Positions 1-9,161 of a stretch of 64,000 nucleotides of DNA are shown here, piece by piece. The DNA comes from Elusimicrobiota bacterium (GTDB taxonomy: Bacteria; Elusimicrobiota; Elusimicrobia; UBA1565): contig JBDRPD010000060.1 of NCBI GenBank assembly GCA_043827405.1, positions 1-64,000 on the forward strand. The letters run 5' to 3'. The number at the start of each line of letters is the position of its first letter. Position 1 is the stretch's first letter. A program made the translations under genes and the position numbers. A model generated the notes under the pieces. The model did no database searches. It was not told where the DNA came from and saw nothing but the letters and a program-made list of their open reading frames with translations.

Positions 1-99
1 TTCGAATGCCCCAAGTCCGACCTCGACCGCTGGCGCCCCGTATTCCAGCACGTCATCGACACCTTCCGCCCCATCGACGCGAAGAAAAAGAGCGAATAG
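1..99 (+). CDS. 3' end of a PsbP-like protein (partial, runs off the window)
   Basis: Frame 1 reads FECPKSDLDRWRPVFQHVIDTFRPIDAKKKSE*, resembling the C-terminus of the next ORF (RWLPVFDKVLQSFRPAEEERKK). Confidence 0.7.
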   Translation, partial: FECPKSDLDRWRPVFQHVIDTFRPIDAKKKSE

Positions 100-258
100 G
101 CTCCCGGCGCGGGCAAAAACTCTGCGAATATCAAGAAAAAAGCGGTGAAAAAATATGGAAAATCAACTGGGCCCGGGCCTAGTTGACAAGGCAATTCAGC
201 GCGCGGCTTTTCGCATGCCTGCTGGGCGGGTCTGAATGCGCCGGCGACCTCGCACGCA

Positions 259-341
259 GAGTTGACAAAGCTCGCGCGGGAGCCGATAAGGCTCGTCGCG
301 CTCGGAGCTGACCAGGCCAGTGCCGGGACCGATAAGGCCCG
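259..341 (+). repeat. Diverged direct repeat (46-bp period) of short hairpins with GAYMA loops
   Basis: gagtt-gacaa-agctc, gagcc-gataa-ggctc, gct-gacca-ggc, gggacc-gataa-ggccc; loop starts at 264, 285, 310, 331. Confidence 0.55.
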
Positions 342-387
342 CTCAAGAATTGGCGCAAATGCGAACCGCATTTCCTATTCTATGGCA

Positions 388-1017
388 ATGACCACGCGCC
401 GCGCTCTGTTCGCCGCATTGCTGGCCCTCGCCGTCTGCGCCCAGAACGCGAGTGCCGGGAAGCGCGAGGAGCCCAAGGAAGACGACCACCTGCCCAAGGA
501 GTACATCTACGCCGGCTTCCAGGAGGCGCGCTTCTCCTGCCGCGTGCCCCGCGACTGGCGCAAGGTCCGCAGCGGCATATTCAACCCCACCGAAAAGGTC
601 TACGGCATCATCCTGCTTGGTCCCGCCGACCGCTACAAGCTGTCTCCCACCATCGCGATCTACTACTACGCGCCCGACAATCCCGATTTCGCGGACGCCG
701 GTGAGTACATCGCCATGCACCAGGAGGCCGCCATGTGGACCAAGGAAGGGAAGATCTTAAGCAAGCCGAAACAGGTCAAGATCGCCGGCAAACCCGCGAC
801 CTCGTTTTCACGCGACGCCTTCTCTTACGCCTCCGGCCGCTCCTCGGACGGCCGCGACATCAAGAAGCGCGACGACTTCGTGGTCCTGCCGCGCGACGAC
901 GGCAGCTTCTACGCGCTCACCTATTCCGCCTCCCACTATGAGCATCCGCGCTGGCTGCCGGTATTCGACAAGGTTCTGCAAAGCTTCCGCCCCGCCGAGG
1001 AAGAGAGGAAAAAATGA
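388..1017 (+). CDS. Secreted PsbP/Mog1-like domain protein
   Basis: Signal peptide (MTTRRALFAALLALAVCAQNASA); F-x-x-x-V-P-x-x-W motif and C-terminal F-D-K-V-L-Q-S-F-R pattern; start 382 or 388. Confidence 0.6.
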   Translation: MTTRRALFAALLALAVCAQNASAGKREEPKEDDHLPKEYIYAGFQEARFSCRVPRDWRKVRSGIFNPTEKVYGIILLGPADRYKLSPTIAIYYYAPDNPDFADAGEYIAMHQEAAMWTKEGKILSKPKQVKIAGKPATSFSRDAFSYASGRSSDGRDIKKRDDFVVLPRDDGSFYALTYSASHYEHPRWLPVFDKVLQSFRPAEEERKK

Positions 1018-1775
1018 AGATCATCGGCATATCCCTCCTCACGGACAATTATTCCTGGCTGCTCGCCGATGAGAAAAGCGGCGACTGCGCCGTGGTCGAC
1101 CCGGCCGAGAGCGGCCCGGTGCTGGCTTATATCGAGCGCGAGGAGCTGCGCTTGCGCTGGATACTGACCACCCACCACCACTACGACCACATCGGCGGCA
1201 TCCAGAGCCTGCGGCGCAAGTTCGACGCCGAGGTGCTGTGCTCGACGTACGACTACGCCGCCGGCCGGGTGCCCGGCGCGACGCGCGGCCTCGCCGACAA
1301 CGAAACATTCCAGGCCGCGGGGAGCGAAGCGGTGAGCCTGGCGGTGCCGGGACATACTTTGGGCGCGGCCGCCTTCCACTTCCCCCGGGAGCGGGCGGTA
1401 TTCACGGGCGACACCCTGTTTACCGCCGGCTGCGGGCGGCTCTTCGAGGGCACGCCGGAGCAGATGCATGCCTCGCTGACGCGCCTCAAGGCGCTCCCGC
1501 CCGAGACCATGGTCTACTGCGGCCACGAGTACACCGACAAGAACATCCGCTTCGCCCACGGCCTGCTGCCCGAGGATTCGGCGGTCGCCGCGCGCCTCGA
1601 ACGCGTGGAGAGCGAGATCAGCGCCGGACGGGCGACCGTGCCCGCGCCGCTGGCGGAAGAGCTTGCGACCAACCCCTTTCTGCGCGCCGAGGACGCGGCG
1701 CTGCAGGCGGCGACGGGAAAGAGCGGAGCGGTCGAGACTTTCACCGAGATTCGCCGGCGCCGCGACGGCTTCTAA
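1014..1775 (+). CDS. gloB: Hydroxyacylglutathione hydrolase (glyoxalase II)
   Basis: DNY, THHHYDHIGG, PGHT, FTGDTLF-x-AGCGR, CGHEYT, TNPFLR motifs. Confidence 0.93.
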   Translation: MKIIGISLLTDNYSWLLADEKSGDCAVVDPAESGPVLAYIEREELRLRWILTTHHHYDHIGGIQSLRRKFDAEVLCSTYDYAAGRVPGATRGLADNETFQAAGSEAVSLAVPGHTLGAAAFHFPRERAVFTGDTLFTAGCGRLFEGTPEQMHASLTRLKALPPETMVYCGHEYTDKNIRFAHGLLPEDSAVAARLERVESEISAGRATVPAPLAEELATNPFLRAEDAALQAATGKSGAVETFTEIRRRRDGF

Positions 1776-1787
1776 CGGCTCCCGGCC

Positions 1788-2903
1788 TCAGCCGAAGTCG
1801 ATAGGGGACGGCAGGCTGATCTGCTTCATGCTCTCGACGGCGTAAAGGTCGGTCATGCCCGCGATGAAGTCGGTTACAATGGTCTCCGGCATGGTCTTAA
1901 CCTTCCCGTAGACCACGTCCATATCGCGAATGTAGCGGCCGAAATTGCTGTCGAGCCGGATGCCGCTTTCCTCGTACTTGGGGAAATCGCAGCCGCAGCG
2001 CAGGTAAATAGCCAGCAGGTGGTCGAACAGGTTAGAGATGATGCGGTGACAGAACTTGCCCGTGATCAGCATCTTGTCGTGGAAGTAGATGCGCTTGTAG
2101 TTGAACCGCTTAAGTTCCTGCATAAGCCCGATGGTCTCGTCGGAGAAACGGACCATGTCGGAATCCTTGGTGTTCTCGATCATGTCCACCACGCAGGACT
2201 CAATGATCTCGGCGTTGGTGTTGCCCAAACCCTTGGCCACATCGGCCGGGATATCCCGGCGCTCGATCAGCTTGCCGACCAGGGCGTCTTCGATATCCCG
2301 TCCCAAATAGGCGATCTTGTCGGCGAAGCGCACCACGCAGCCCTCGTAGGAGCTGGCCATGCAGCGGCGGTCCACGATCTTTTCCAGATCATTCTCCTGC
2401 GCCGCAGGCAGCAGCTTGTTCTCAAAGCGCTCGCCGTTGTGGCAAATAATGCCGTCCTTGACGGCGTAAGTAAGGTTAAGGCCCTTGCCGCAGTGGGCGA
2501 GGTGCTCGACAACGCGGTAGCTGTGCACCTCATGGACGAAAGTGCGCTTGCCCACCAGCTTGTCGTTGAGAGCCTGCTCCCCGACATGGCCGAAGGGGCC
2601 ATGGCCGAGGTCGTGGCCCAGACCGATGGCATATGCGAGCTCCACATCGAGGTCCCAGCCCGCGGAGTTGAGCCCCTTGCAGATTGTCGCCGCGATAGTG
2701 GCCACATGCATGACATGCTCAATACGCGTGCAGACGTGATCGTTCTGCGGCGAGAAGAATACCTGGGTCTTGTGCTTGAGCCGGCGGAACGGATGGCTGT
2801 GGATGATGGCGGTCTGATCGCGGAAGTACGGACCGCGCACATCGCCCTTGCGCGGTGCCTGCCGCCGGACATAGACCTCGTTGGGCAGCGGATTCTTTGC
2901 CAT
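1788..2903 (-). CDS. dgt: dGTP triphosphohydrolase-like HD protein
   Basis: FRRLKHKTQVF, TRIEH, HDLGHGPFGHVGE, ADKIAY, DFIAGMTD. Confidence 0.9.
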   Translation of the reverse strand: MAKNPLPNEVYVRRQAPRKGDVRGPYFRDQTAIIHSHPFRRLKHKTQVFFSPQNDHVCTRIEHVMHVATIAATICKGLNSAGWDLDVELAYAIGLGHDLGHGPFGHVGEQALNDKLVGKRTFVHEVHSYRVVEHLAHCGKGLNLTYAVKDGIICHNGERFENKLLPAAQENDLEKIVDRRCMASSYEGCVVRFADKIAYLGRDIEDALVGKLIERRDIPADVAKGLGNTNAEIIESCVVDMIENTKDSDMVRFSDETIGLMQELKRFNYKRIYFHDKMLITGKFCHRIISNLFDHLLAIYLRCGCDFPKYEESGIRLDSNFGRYIRDMDVVYGKVKTMPETIVTDFIAGMTDLYAVESMKQISLPSPIDFG

Positions 2904-2956
2904 AAGGGCTTAAGTATAGTCAATTCTGCCGCATTTTTTTCGCCCGCCGGGCAGCA

Positions 2957-2985
2957 TTGACATTCCGCCAGGCCGGAGATACACT
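2957..2985 (+). promoter_or_regulatory. Sigma70-type promoter
   Basis: TTGACA-N17-TACACT upstream of ORF 3018. Confidence 0.7.
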
Positions 2986-3017
2986 GACAGCTGGAGCCCT
3001 TTCCCTTTAGTCAGTAT

Positions 3018-4430
3018 ATGGAGCAGCCACCAGACCCCCCGCGCCGCCCCTTCGGCGGCGTACCGGAACCGCAGAAAGACGAGGACCGTAAGGGCGGCGG
3101 CATAATCATCCCCGGCGGTCCCGGCGCCCAGCAGGGCGTCTTTGCCAAACTGTTTTCCGCCTTCGCCGCCCATAAGCTGGCCATCGGCGGCGCTGTTCTG
3201 GCCGCCGCCGTTGCCGGCGGCGCGGGCGTGATCCATATCCGCCAGCAGCAGATCGCGGCGCAAAAGAAAAAAAATATTGAATTCACCGAGCGGCGGGAGC
3301 GGCCGCATACGACGAGCGTCATGGACGCCCTGCGCACGCCCGCGCCCGAGGATATGAGCGGCCGGCGCTCATCGATCGGCTTCGCCGCGGCCGCGGAAGA
3401 CAAGGACGCCTATCTGCGAACACCGGGCGGTGCGGCGGGCCGGGCGCAGCCCGGCCCGGAAGAAGGCCCGGGCGCGTCCACCGGCGGGACCTCATTCTCC
3501 GGCGGCACGCAGGCCTCCGGTCGGCAGCCGCCGCGCGGCGGCCAGCTCAAAAGCAAGTTCTCCGGAGGACGCCAGTTCGGCGGCCTTACCGGCGGCAAGT
3601 TCAACGTCTTTCAGCGCCGCAATAAACGCCTAAAAAAAGACCGGCCGGGCTCCGGCGCTTACGGTAACGACGGAGCCGCCGAGCAGGATGCGGACGCCCG
3701 CCGCTTCATGGACGATCAGCTTGCCAAGACGAAATCCAAACTTGCCGGCAAGAACCTGGGCTCCAAGGTGAAGACCGCCAAGTCCATCGGCCAGCTGAAA
3801 TACGCGGACAGCCGCTCGCGCCGCGGCGACGAGCGCAGGAATATGACCGCCCAGGCGGCCTACAGCCGGCAGGCCTTCTCGCAAACCGCGGGCGACGCGG
3901 ACGATATCGAGCCCGCAGGGCCCGAGGAAGGGGGCTCGACCGGGGACGGCGGCGCGCCGAGCGGACCCGCCGTCGAGGAAGGCGCCTACTCCGTACAGAA
4001 AGGCAGGCACATCGACGGCCAGGGCGGCGACCGCCCCCTCTGCCCGCCGGGCATGGTCGCGGTGCGAAGCGGCGGCTGCGAACCGGTCAATACCGGCGGC
4101 GACGACGCCACCACCTATGACGCCCTAGTGCGAAAAGCCTGGAGCTATATCCGCAAAGCCCGCAGCGCGACGAAAATGCTCAACCTGATGAGGGCCTCGG
4201 ATTTGGCGGCCAAGGCGGAAGACCTGGGCCGGCGGATCAGGACAGAATACGGCCAGGACATGCAGGGAGACATCATCAAGTACTGGGCCGACCGCTCCAA
4301 CGAGCTCAACCACTATCACCTGGCCGAGAAGCGCGCCCGCAAAAAGAAGTCCGCTCAAATGGACCCCAAGCTCGACGAGGACGTCAATCGCGCCGCGCGC
4401 GAATCGCGCGACTCGGGCTACCAGGAATAG
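3018..4430 (+). CDS. Hypothetical single-pass membrane protein with long G/S/P-rich low-complexity region
   Basis: 470-aa ORF with its own promoter, one N-terminal hydrophobic segment and a helical C-terminus. Confidence 0.7.
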   Translation: MEQPPDPPRRPFGGVPEPQKDEDRKGGGIIIPGGPGAQQGVFAKLFSAFAAHKLAIGGAVLAAAVAGGAGVIHIRQQQIAAQKKKNIEFTERRERPHTTSVMDALRTPAPEDMSGRRSSIGFAAAAEDKDAYLRTPGGAAGRAQPGPEEGPGASTGGTSFSGGTQASGRQPPRGGQLKSKFSGGRQFGGLTGGKFNVFQRRNKRLKKDRPGSGAYGNDGAAEQDADARRFMDDQLAKTKSKLAGKNLGSKVKTAKSIGQLKYADSRSRRGDERRNMTAQAAYSRQAFSQTAGDADDIEPAGPEEGGSTGDGGAPSGPAVEEGAYSVQKGRHIDGQGGDRPLCPPGMVAVRSGGCEPVNTGGDDATTYDALVRKAWSYIRKARSATKMLNLMRASDLAAKAEDLGRRIRTEYGQDMQGDIIKYWADRSNELNHYHLAEKRARKKKSAQMDPKLDEDVNRAARESRDSGYQE

Positions 4431-4440
4431 CCGCGCCGTC

Positions 4441-5934
4441 TCAGACGACGGATGCGGCGGCGATAAATTCCGCGCCGCTGTGAAAGCGCTTCTGCGCATC
4501 GGGGTCGAGACAGCGCCGCACCACCGCGTCCGCCCCCGCGGGCAGTCCGGCGGCGGCCTTGCTCGGCGGCACGTAGTCCAGCTCCCGCTTCTGCTTCAAG
4601 AAGTCCGGTCCGGTGAACACCGGTTCGCCGGTAATCATCTCGTAGTACAAAGCCCCCAGCGAATAAATATCCGACTCGCGCGACACCGTCCCCAGCTCCT
4701 GCTCCGGCGACATATAGGGCGGCGTACCCCAGGCCGCCGCCTGCGTCATTTTGGCCACCGTCTTCTTGGCCTGATGCGCCAGGCCGAAGTCCATAATCTT
4801 GACCGCATCGTCTTCTCCGACCATGATATTGGCGGGCTTTAAGTCGCGGTGAATCACCTTCCTGGAATGCGCGTAGTCCAGGCCCTCGGCGACCTGGCGC
4901 AGCAGCTTCAGCGTCCGCTCATGGGACAGCCGCTCTTCGCGTTCAATGAGATGATGCAGGGGCCTGCCGTCGACATATTCGAACACCAAGTAGAGCTGGC
5001 CCTGCTCGCGGACGATGGAATGGATCTCGACGAGATTTGGGTGCTTAAGCGCCGCCACCAGCCGCGCCTCCTGCAGGAACATCTCAAGCTCGCGGCGGTT
5101 CTCGATGACCTCCTTCTTCATACGCTTGATTGCGACTTTACGCCGCAGCGTTTCGTCGACGGCCGCGAAGACCAGGCCCATACCGCCGCGGCCGATCTCG
5201 CGGCCGACGCGAAAATTGCCGTCCAGAAGCTCCGGCATAACCGAGGCGGACGGCGGCAGCGCCGGCGCGGCGGGCTGAGCCGGCGCGGGGGCCGGAACCG
5301 CCGCCGCGAGCTTTTCCGCCGCCCTCCGCTTCGACCGCCATAAAAACGCCAGCCCGGCCGCGATCGCGACGGCCAATCCGGCGATCAGCCGGCGGAGCAG
5401 CGCCTGCTTGCGCCGCCGCTTTACCGCTTCACTAAAGACGGCCTCTTCTTTGAAGAAAATGCCGGTAATCGTACCCGACTGAAAGCTATAGAGCTCTTTA
5501 CGCCGGTTCTCGAGATCAAGCAGGCTGCTCAGACCCAGCGGCACATCCGGCAGTTCGCCCGCGCTGAGTCCTGCCGTGGCTTGAAAGGTCGCCTCGGTCT
5601 TCATCCGGCGCTCGATCTCGCTAAACCGCTCCTTGATGCGAAAAAAATTCTGCACATGCGGGGCAACTTCAGCGCGCAGCTTATTGCGGCGGGCGGCCAG
5701 TTCGTCGGTAAGCCCCTTGGCCTCATACTCATCCTGAACCGTCCGCAGCTCGTCCGTATAGCCGCTGATAATCCTGGTGTTCGCGCGGTATTCCTTGAGG
5801 ATGCCCTGGTACTCCTCGTTGACCCGGCCGAAGGTCTCGGTCTCCACCAGACCCTCTTTGGACTTTTCCCGCGCCGCGGCCGTGCCGGCCGCCAACAGCG
5901 TCAGGAGGGCCGCCGCGAGCAGATGAAGACGCAT
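4441..5934 (-). CDS. Membrane Hanks-type Ser/Thr kinase (signal peptide, helical ectodomain, TM, C-terminal kinase)
   Basis: IGRGGMG, VAIK, HRDLKPAN, DFG, GTPPYMSPE. Confidence 0.93.
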   Translation of the reverse strand: MRLHLLAAALLTLLAAGTAAAREKSKEGLVETETFGRVNEEYQGILKEYRANTRIISGYTDELRTVQDEYEAKGLTDELAARRNKLRAEVAPHVQNFFRIKERFSEIERRMKTEATFQATAGLSAGELPDVPLGLSSLLDLENRRKELYSFQSGTITGIFFKEEAVFSEAVKRRRKQALLRRLIAGLAVAIAAGLAFLWRSKRRAAEKLAAAVPAPAPAQPAAPALPPSASVMPELLDGNFRVGREIGRGGMGLVFAAVDETLRRKVAIKRMKKEVIENRRELEMFLQEARLVAALKHPNLVEIHSIVREQGQLYLVFEYVDGRPLHHLIEREERLSHERTLKLLRQVAEGLDYAHSRKVIHRDLKPANIMVGEDDAVKIMDFGLAHQAKKTVAKMTQAAAWGTPPYMSPEQELGTVSRESDIYSLGALYYEMITGEPVFTGPDFLKQKRELDYVPPSKAAAGLPAGADAVVRRCLDPDAQKRFHSGAEFIAAASVV

Positions 5935-5941
5935 AAGCCCC

Positions 5942-7642
5942 CTAACCGGCCTTCAGGACGGCGTCGACCGCCGCGGCGAACTCGGCGCCGGTATGATAGC
6001 GCCGCTTGGGATCGGCCTGGAGCGCCTTCGCGATGACGGCATCGATCTGGGGCGCCAGCCCCGCCGCCCGCCGGGACGGCGGCGGGTACACCATTTCCCG
6101 CTTCTGCGCCAGATAGTTCGGCCCCTCGAACGGCGGCGCCCCCGTCACCATCTCGTAGTAGCAAACGCCGAGCGAATAGAGGTCGGATTCACGCGACACC
6201 GTCCCCAGCTCCTGCTCCGGAGCCATATAGGGCGGCGTGCCCCAGGCATCGGCCTTGGTCAGCTTGGCGACGGTCTTCTTGGCCTGATGCGCGATGCCGA
6301 AATCCATCAGCTTGACCAAGCCCTCCTCGGTAATCATGATATTGGACGGCTTGAGGTCCCGGTGGATCACTTTCTTCGAATGCGCGTAGTCGAGACCGGA
6401 GGCGGCTTGGCGCACCACGCTGGCCACGTTCTTGTAGGGCAGCTTTATCCCTTCGTCGGTCCAGTGCTGCAGCGGCCGGCCCGAAACGTATTCGAAGACC
6501 AGATAGAGCTGGCCCTGCTCGCGAACGATCGAGTGGATCTCCACCAGGTTCGGATGCTTAAGCGCGGCGACCAGCCGCGCTTCCTGCAGGAACATTTCCA
6601 GCTCTTTCGGGTCGGAGACGACCTCGCTCTTCATGCGCTTGATCGCGACCTTGCGCCGCAGCGTTAGATCGGTCGCCTCGTAGACAATCCCCATCCCGCC
6701 ATGACCGATTTCGCGCTCGATCTTGAAGTTATCGCCGAGAACTCCGCCCGGCCGGGGCGGCGGCGCCCCCTGGACCGGACCGGACATCGGGCCCGCCCCC
6801 CCGGCGGGACCGGAGACCGGACCGCTGACGGGCCCCGAAACGGGTCCGGTGCCCGCGATCGCCCCGGGCGGCGGCAGCAGCGCCGGGTCCGCGGGACCGG
6901 ACAGCGCTCCGGTCGGCGTCGCGGGATAAGCCGTGATCGGCCCGGTGGCGGGAGAGGCTTTTCGTCCATAAAAGAAGGCCGCAGCCAAGACCACGAGCAG
7001 CAGCACGACCACCAATACGGTGACCGTGATGATCATCCGTTTTTTGGCGATATCCTCACGGGTTTTTTCGAACGACGCGCCTTCCGTCAGCAGCGCGCCG
7101 TTGAGGTTTTTCTTATAAGCGCCCACCTCGCGGTAGTAGTTCTCCATCAGCATCACGTCCGCGATCTTCTGCCGCGCGTCCTTGGGCATGGAGTTGCTCT
7201 GGATGGCGGCAAAGCTGACCGCGGCCCGCTCCATATAAATCCGGCTTTTTACGTCTTTAAATTCACGCGCCACGCCATCAATGCGGCCGACCCCTTCCTT
7301 CAGCTCCTTAACAAGCTTCTCCCGGCGTTCGGCGACATCGCTGATCTTTCCGGTTTTGAGGTACTGCCTGATGATCCCATCGAGCTCATCAAGAACCGGA
7401 TCAACAGCGTCCATGGTCTCAGCGACCTCGTCCTGCAGGCGCTTGAGGTCGGCGGCGTTGGCCGGCGAGTCGAGGGTAAAGCTGACGAGCTTTTTCGCGG
7501 CTTCACGCACGTCGCGTCCCTGCTCCCGGACCTGGTTGACCGCAGTGATCGCTTCGGCCTCCATCGCGGCCGCACGGGGAAGCGCTCCCGGCAGCGCGAG
7601 AACAAAAAGGGCCGCTCCAAGAATGATTTTTTTTCGCGCCAT
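5942..7642 (-). CDS. Membrane Hanks-type Ser/Thr kinase, paralog of the neighbouring kinase
   Basis: IGHGGMG, VAIK, HRDLKPSN, DFG, GTPPYMAPE; signal peptide and TM helix. Confidence 0.93.
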   Translation of the reverse strand: MARKKIILGAALFVLALPGALPRAAAMEAEAITAVNQVREQGRDVREAAKKLVSFTLDSPANAADLKRLQDEVAETMDAVDPVLDELDGIIRQYLKTGKISDVAERREKLVKELKEGVGRIDGVAREFKDVKSRIYMERAAVSFAAIQSNSMPKDARQKIADVMLMENYYREVGAYKKNLNGALLTEGASFEKTREDIAKKRMIITVTVLVVVLLLVVLAAAFFYGRKASPATGPITAYPATPTGALSGPADPALLPPPGAIAGTGPVSGPVSGPVSGPAGGAGPMSGPVQGAPPPRPGGVLGDNFKIEREIGHGGMGIVYEATDLTLRRKVAIKRMKSEVVSDPKELEMFLQEARLVAALKHPNLVEIHSIVREQGQLYLVFEYVSGRPLQHWTDEGIKLPYKNVASVVRQAASGLDYAHSKKVIHRDLKPSNIMITEEGLVKLMDFGIAHQAKKTVAKLTKADAWGTPPYMAPEQELGTVSRESDLYSLGVCYYEMVTGAPPFEGPNYLAQKREMVYPPPSRRAAGLAPQIDAVIAKALQADPKRRYHTGAEFAAAVDAVLKAG

Positions 7643-7669
7643 GGGAGTACGCTAGAGTTTAAGGCGGAG

Positions 7670-9049
7670 CTATCCGGTTGTCAAGACGACCGGAAGAGTG
7701 AAGAAAAACACCGACCCCTCGCCGAGAACGCTCTCGACCCATATCCGTCCGCCGTGCTCTTCGACGATGCGCCGGCAGATGGCCAGGCCCATTCCCGTCC
7801 CGCGCTCCCGCGCCTGCGCCTTGGTTTCGTCGACCTGGTAAAAATCCTCGAAGACCTTGTCCGCCTTGTCGGCGGGGATTCCAGCACCGGTATCCCGCAC
7901 CGCGAAACGCACATAATCGCCGTCCCGCTCGGCATGCACCGTAATGCCGCCGCCTTTAGGCGTGAACTTGACGGCGTTGGCGATCAGATTGTCGAGCACG
8001 CGGCGGGCCAGCTCGCGGTCGGCCCGAACCGCGGGAATATCCGCCGGGATATCCGCCTCGAGCCTAAGCCCGCACTCTTTCGCCTTGGCCCGCTGGCCGT
8101 CAAGCGCCGGGTCGGCGAACTGCGCGACCTCCACCGGTTCGAGCTTCATGGGAAACTGCCCGGACTGCAGCCGCATGACGTCGAGGATATCATCGAGGTA
8201 GCCCCATAGGCGCTGCGCGCTGCTCAGCGAGGACTCCAAATACTTCCTTTGCTTCTCGGTCAGGGGACCAGCCTCGCCCGCCAGCATGGTCTCCACCGCC
8301 CCCTTGATGCCCGCCAGCGGATTCTTTAGGTCATGCGTCAGGCTGGAGACGACCTGCTCCTTCATTCGGCTGAGCTCGCCCAGGCGTTCCGCCATCTCGT
8401 TGAAGCGCCGCCCCAAAGTCCCCAGCTCGTCTTGGCGGCCCTCGTCGGCGAGCCGGTATTCCAAATTGCCGACGCTGATCTCCCGCGTCGCCTCGGCCAG
8501 CGCCTCGACCGGCCGGGTCAAGGTCAGCGCGACCAGGACGGCGGCCAGCAGGCCGAATAGCAGCGTAATCGAAGCCACCAGGGCCATGCGCCACAGCGTG
8601 CGCAGGAGACGCTCATTGATCCCCTCGTCGAGAACCGCGGTGTCGTAGCCGATGCGCGCAAGCCCGAACTTGCCGCCGGGGATGCGGATCGAATGCGATA
8701 CCTCCCAGACGCCGGCGAGAGCATGGGACATCGCCAGCTGCTGCACGACGCCGACCTGCCGCGGATCGCTGTGCGCGAGCGCCAGGCCCTTATTGTCCAG
8801 GCAATCGGCGTAACGAACGGCGGGGCTCTTTTGCAGAAATATAAAATGCCCTTTCGGCTGGTCCCAGTTGCCGGTGACCGCCGCCTCATGACACAGGGTC
8901 GCGGCCAGACGCACGCTCGCCCGGGCATCGCGGTACATGTCGGCCAGCGCCGACTGCCGCTCAAGATGGTAGTAGGTCCCGCTGTAGATTCCTTGGCCGA
9001 GGAGGATAAGGCCCAGGATGACCAGCGAGAATCGAATCCTCAGCTTCAC
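7670..9049 (-). CDS. HAMP-domain sensor histidine kinase
   Basis: Two TM helices, HAMP (DELGTL), H-box THDLKNPL, N-box NAVKF, G1 DTGAGI, G2 GTGMGL. Confidence 0.93.
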   Translation of the reverse strand: MKLRIRFSLVILGLILLGQGIYSGTYYHLERQSALADMYRDARASVRLAATLCHEAAVTGNWDQPKGHFIFLQKSPAVRYADCLDNKGLALAHSDPRQVGVVQQLAMSHALAGVWEVSHSIRIPGGKFGLARIGYDTAVLDEGINERLLRTLWRMALVASITLLFGLLAAVLVALTLTRPVEALAEATREISVGNLEYRLADEGRQDELGTLGRRFNEMAERLGELSRMKEQVVSSLTHDLKNPLAGIKGAVETMLAGEAGPLTEKQRKYLESSLSSAQRLWGYLDDILDVMRLQSGQFPMKLEPVEVAQFADPALDGQRAKAKECGLRLEADIPADIPAVRADRELARRVLDNLIANAVKFTPKGGGITVHAERDGDYVRFAVRDTGAGIPADKADKVFEDFYQVDETKAQARERGTGMGLAICRRIVEEHGGRIWVESVLGEGSVFFFTLPVVLTTG

Positions 9050-9122
9050 AGTCTATTACCGCCCCCTTCGCCGGATTCTAGCAGAATATTCTCAGCCGCA
9101 TACCGTCCGCCGCCCACCCATC

Positions 9123-9151
9123 TTGACTAACGGCGAATCTCGCACCATACT
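9123..9151 (+). promoter_or_regulatory. Sigma70-type promoter
   Basis: TTGACT-N17-CATACT, 10 nt before ATG 9162. Confidence 0.55.
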
Positions 9152-9161
9152 GGAACGAACG

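Noticed and set aside
262..387. N-terminal extensions from the ORF track (also 9018, 16176, 25792, 40013, 59653)
   Set aside because: Downstream starts fit signal peptides, family N-termini, promoter positions or stop/start overlaps better.
4039..4079. CPPGMVAVRSGGC resembling the start of an FGE-sulfatase domain
   Set aside because: None of the downstream FGE motifs follow.
6701..8209. Long antisense ORFs (also 20078-21721, 33621-35084, 17965-19185, 24756-25976)
   Set aside because: Shadow frames of well-supported genes in high-GC DNA, with no recognisable motifs.
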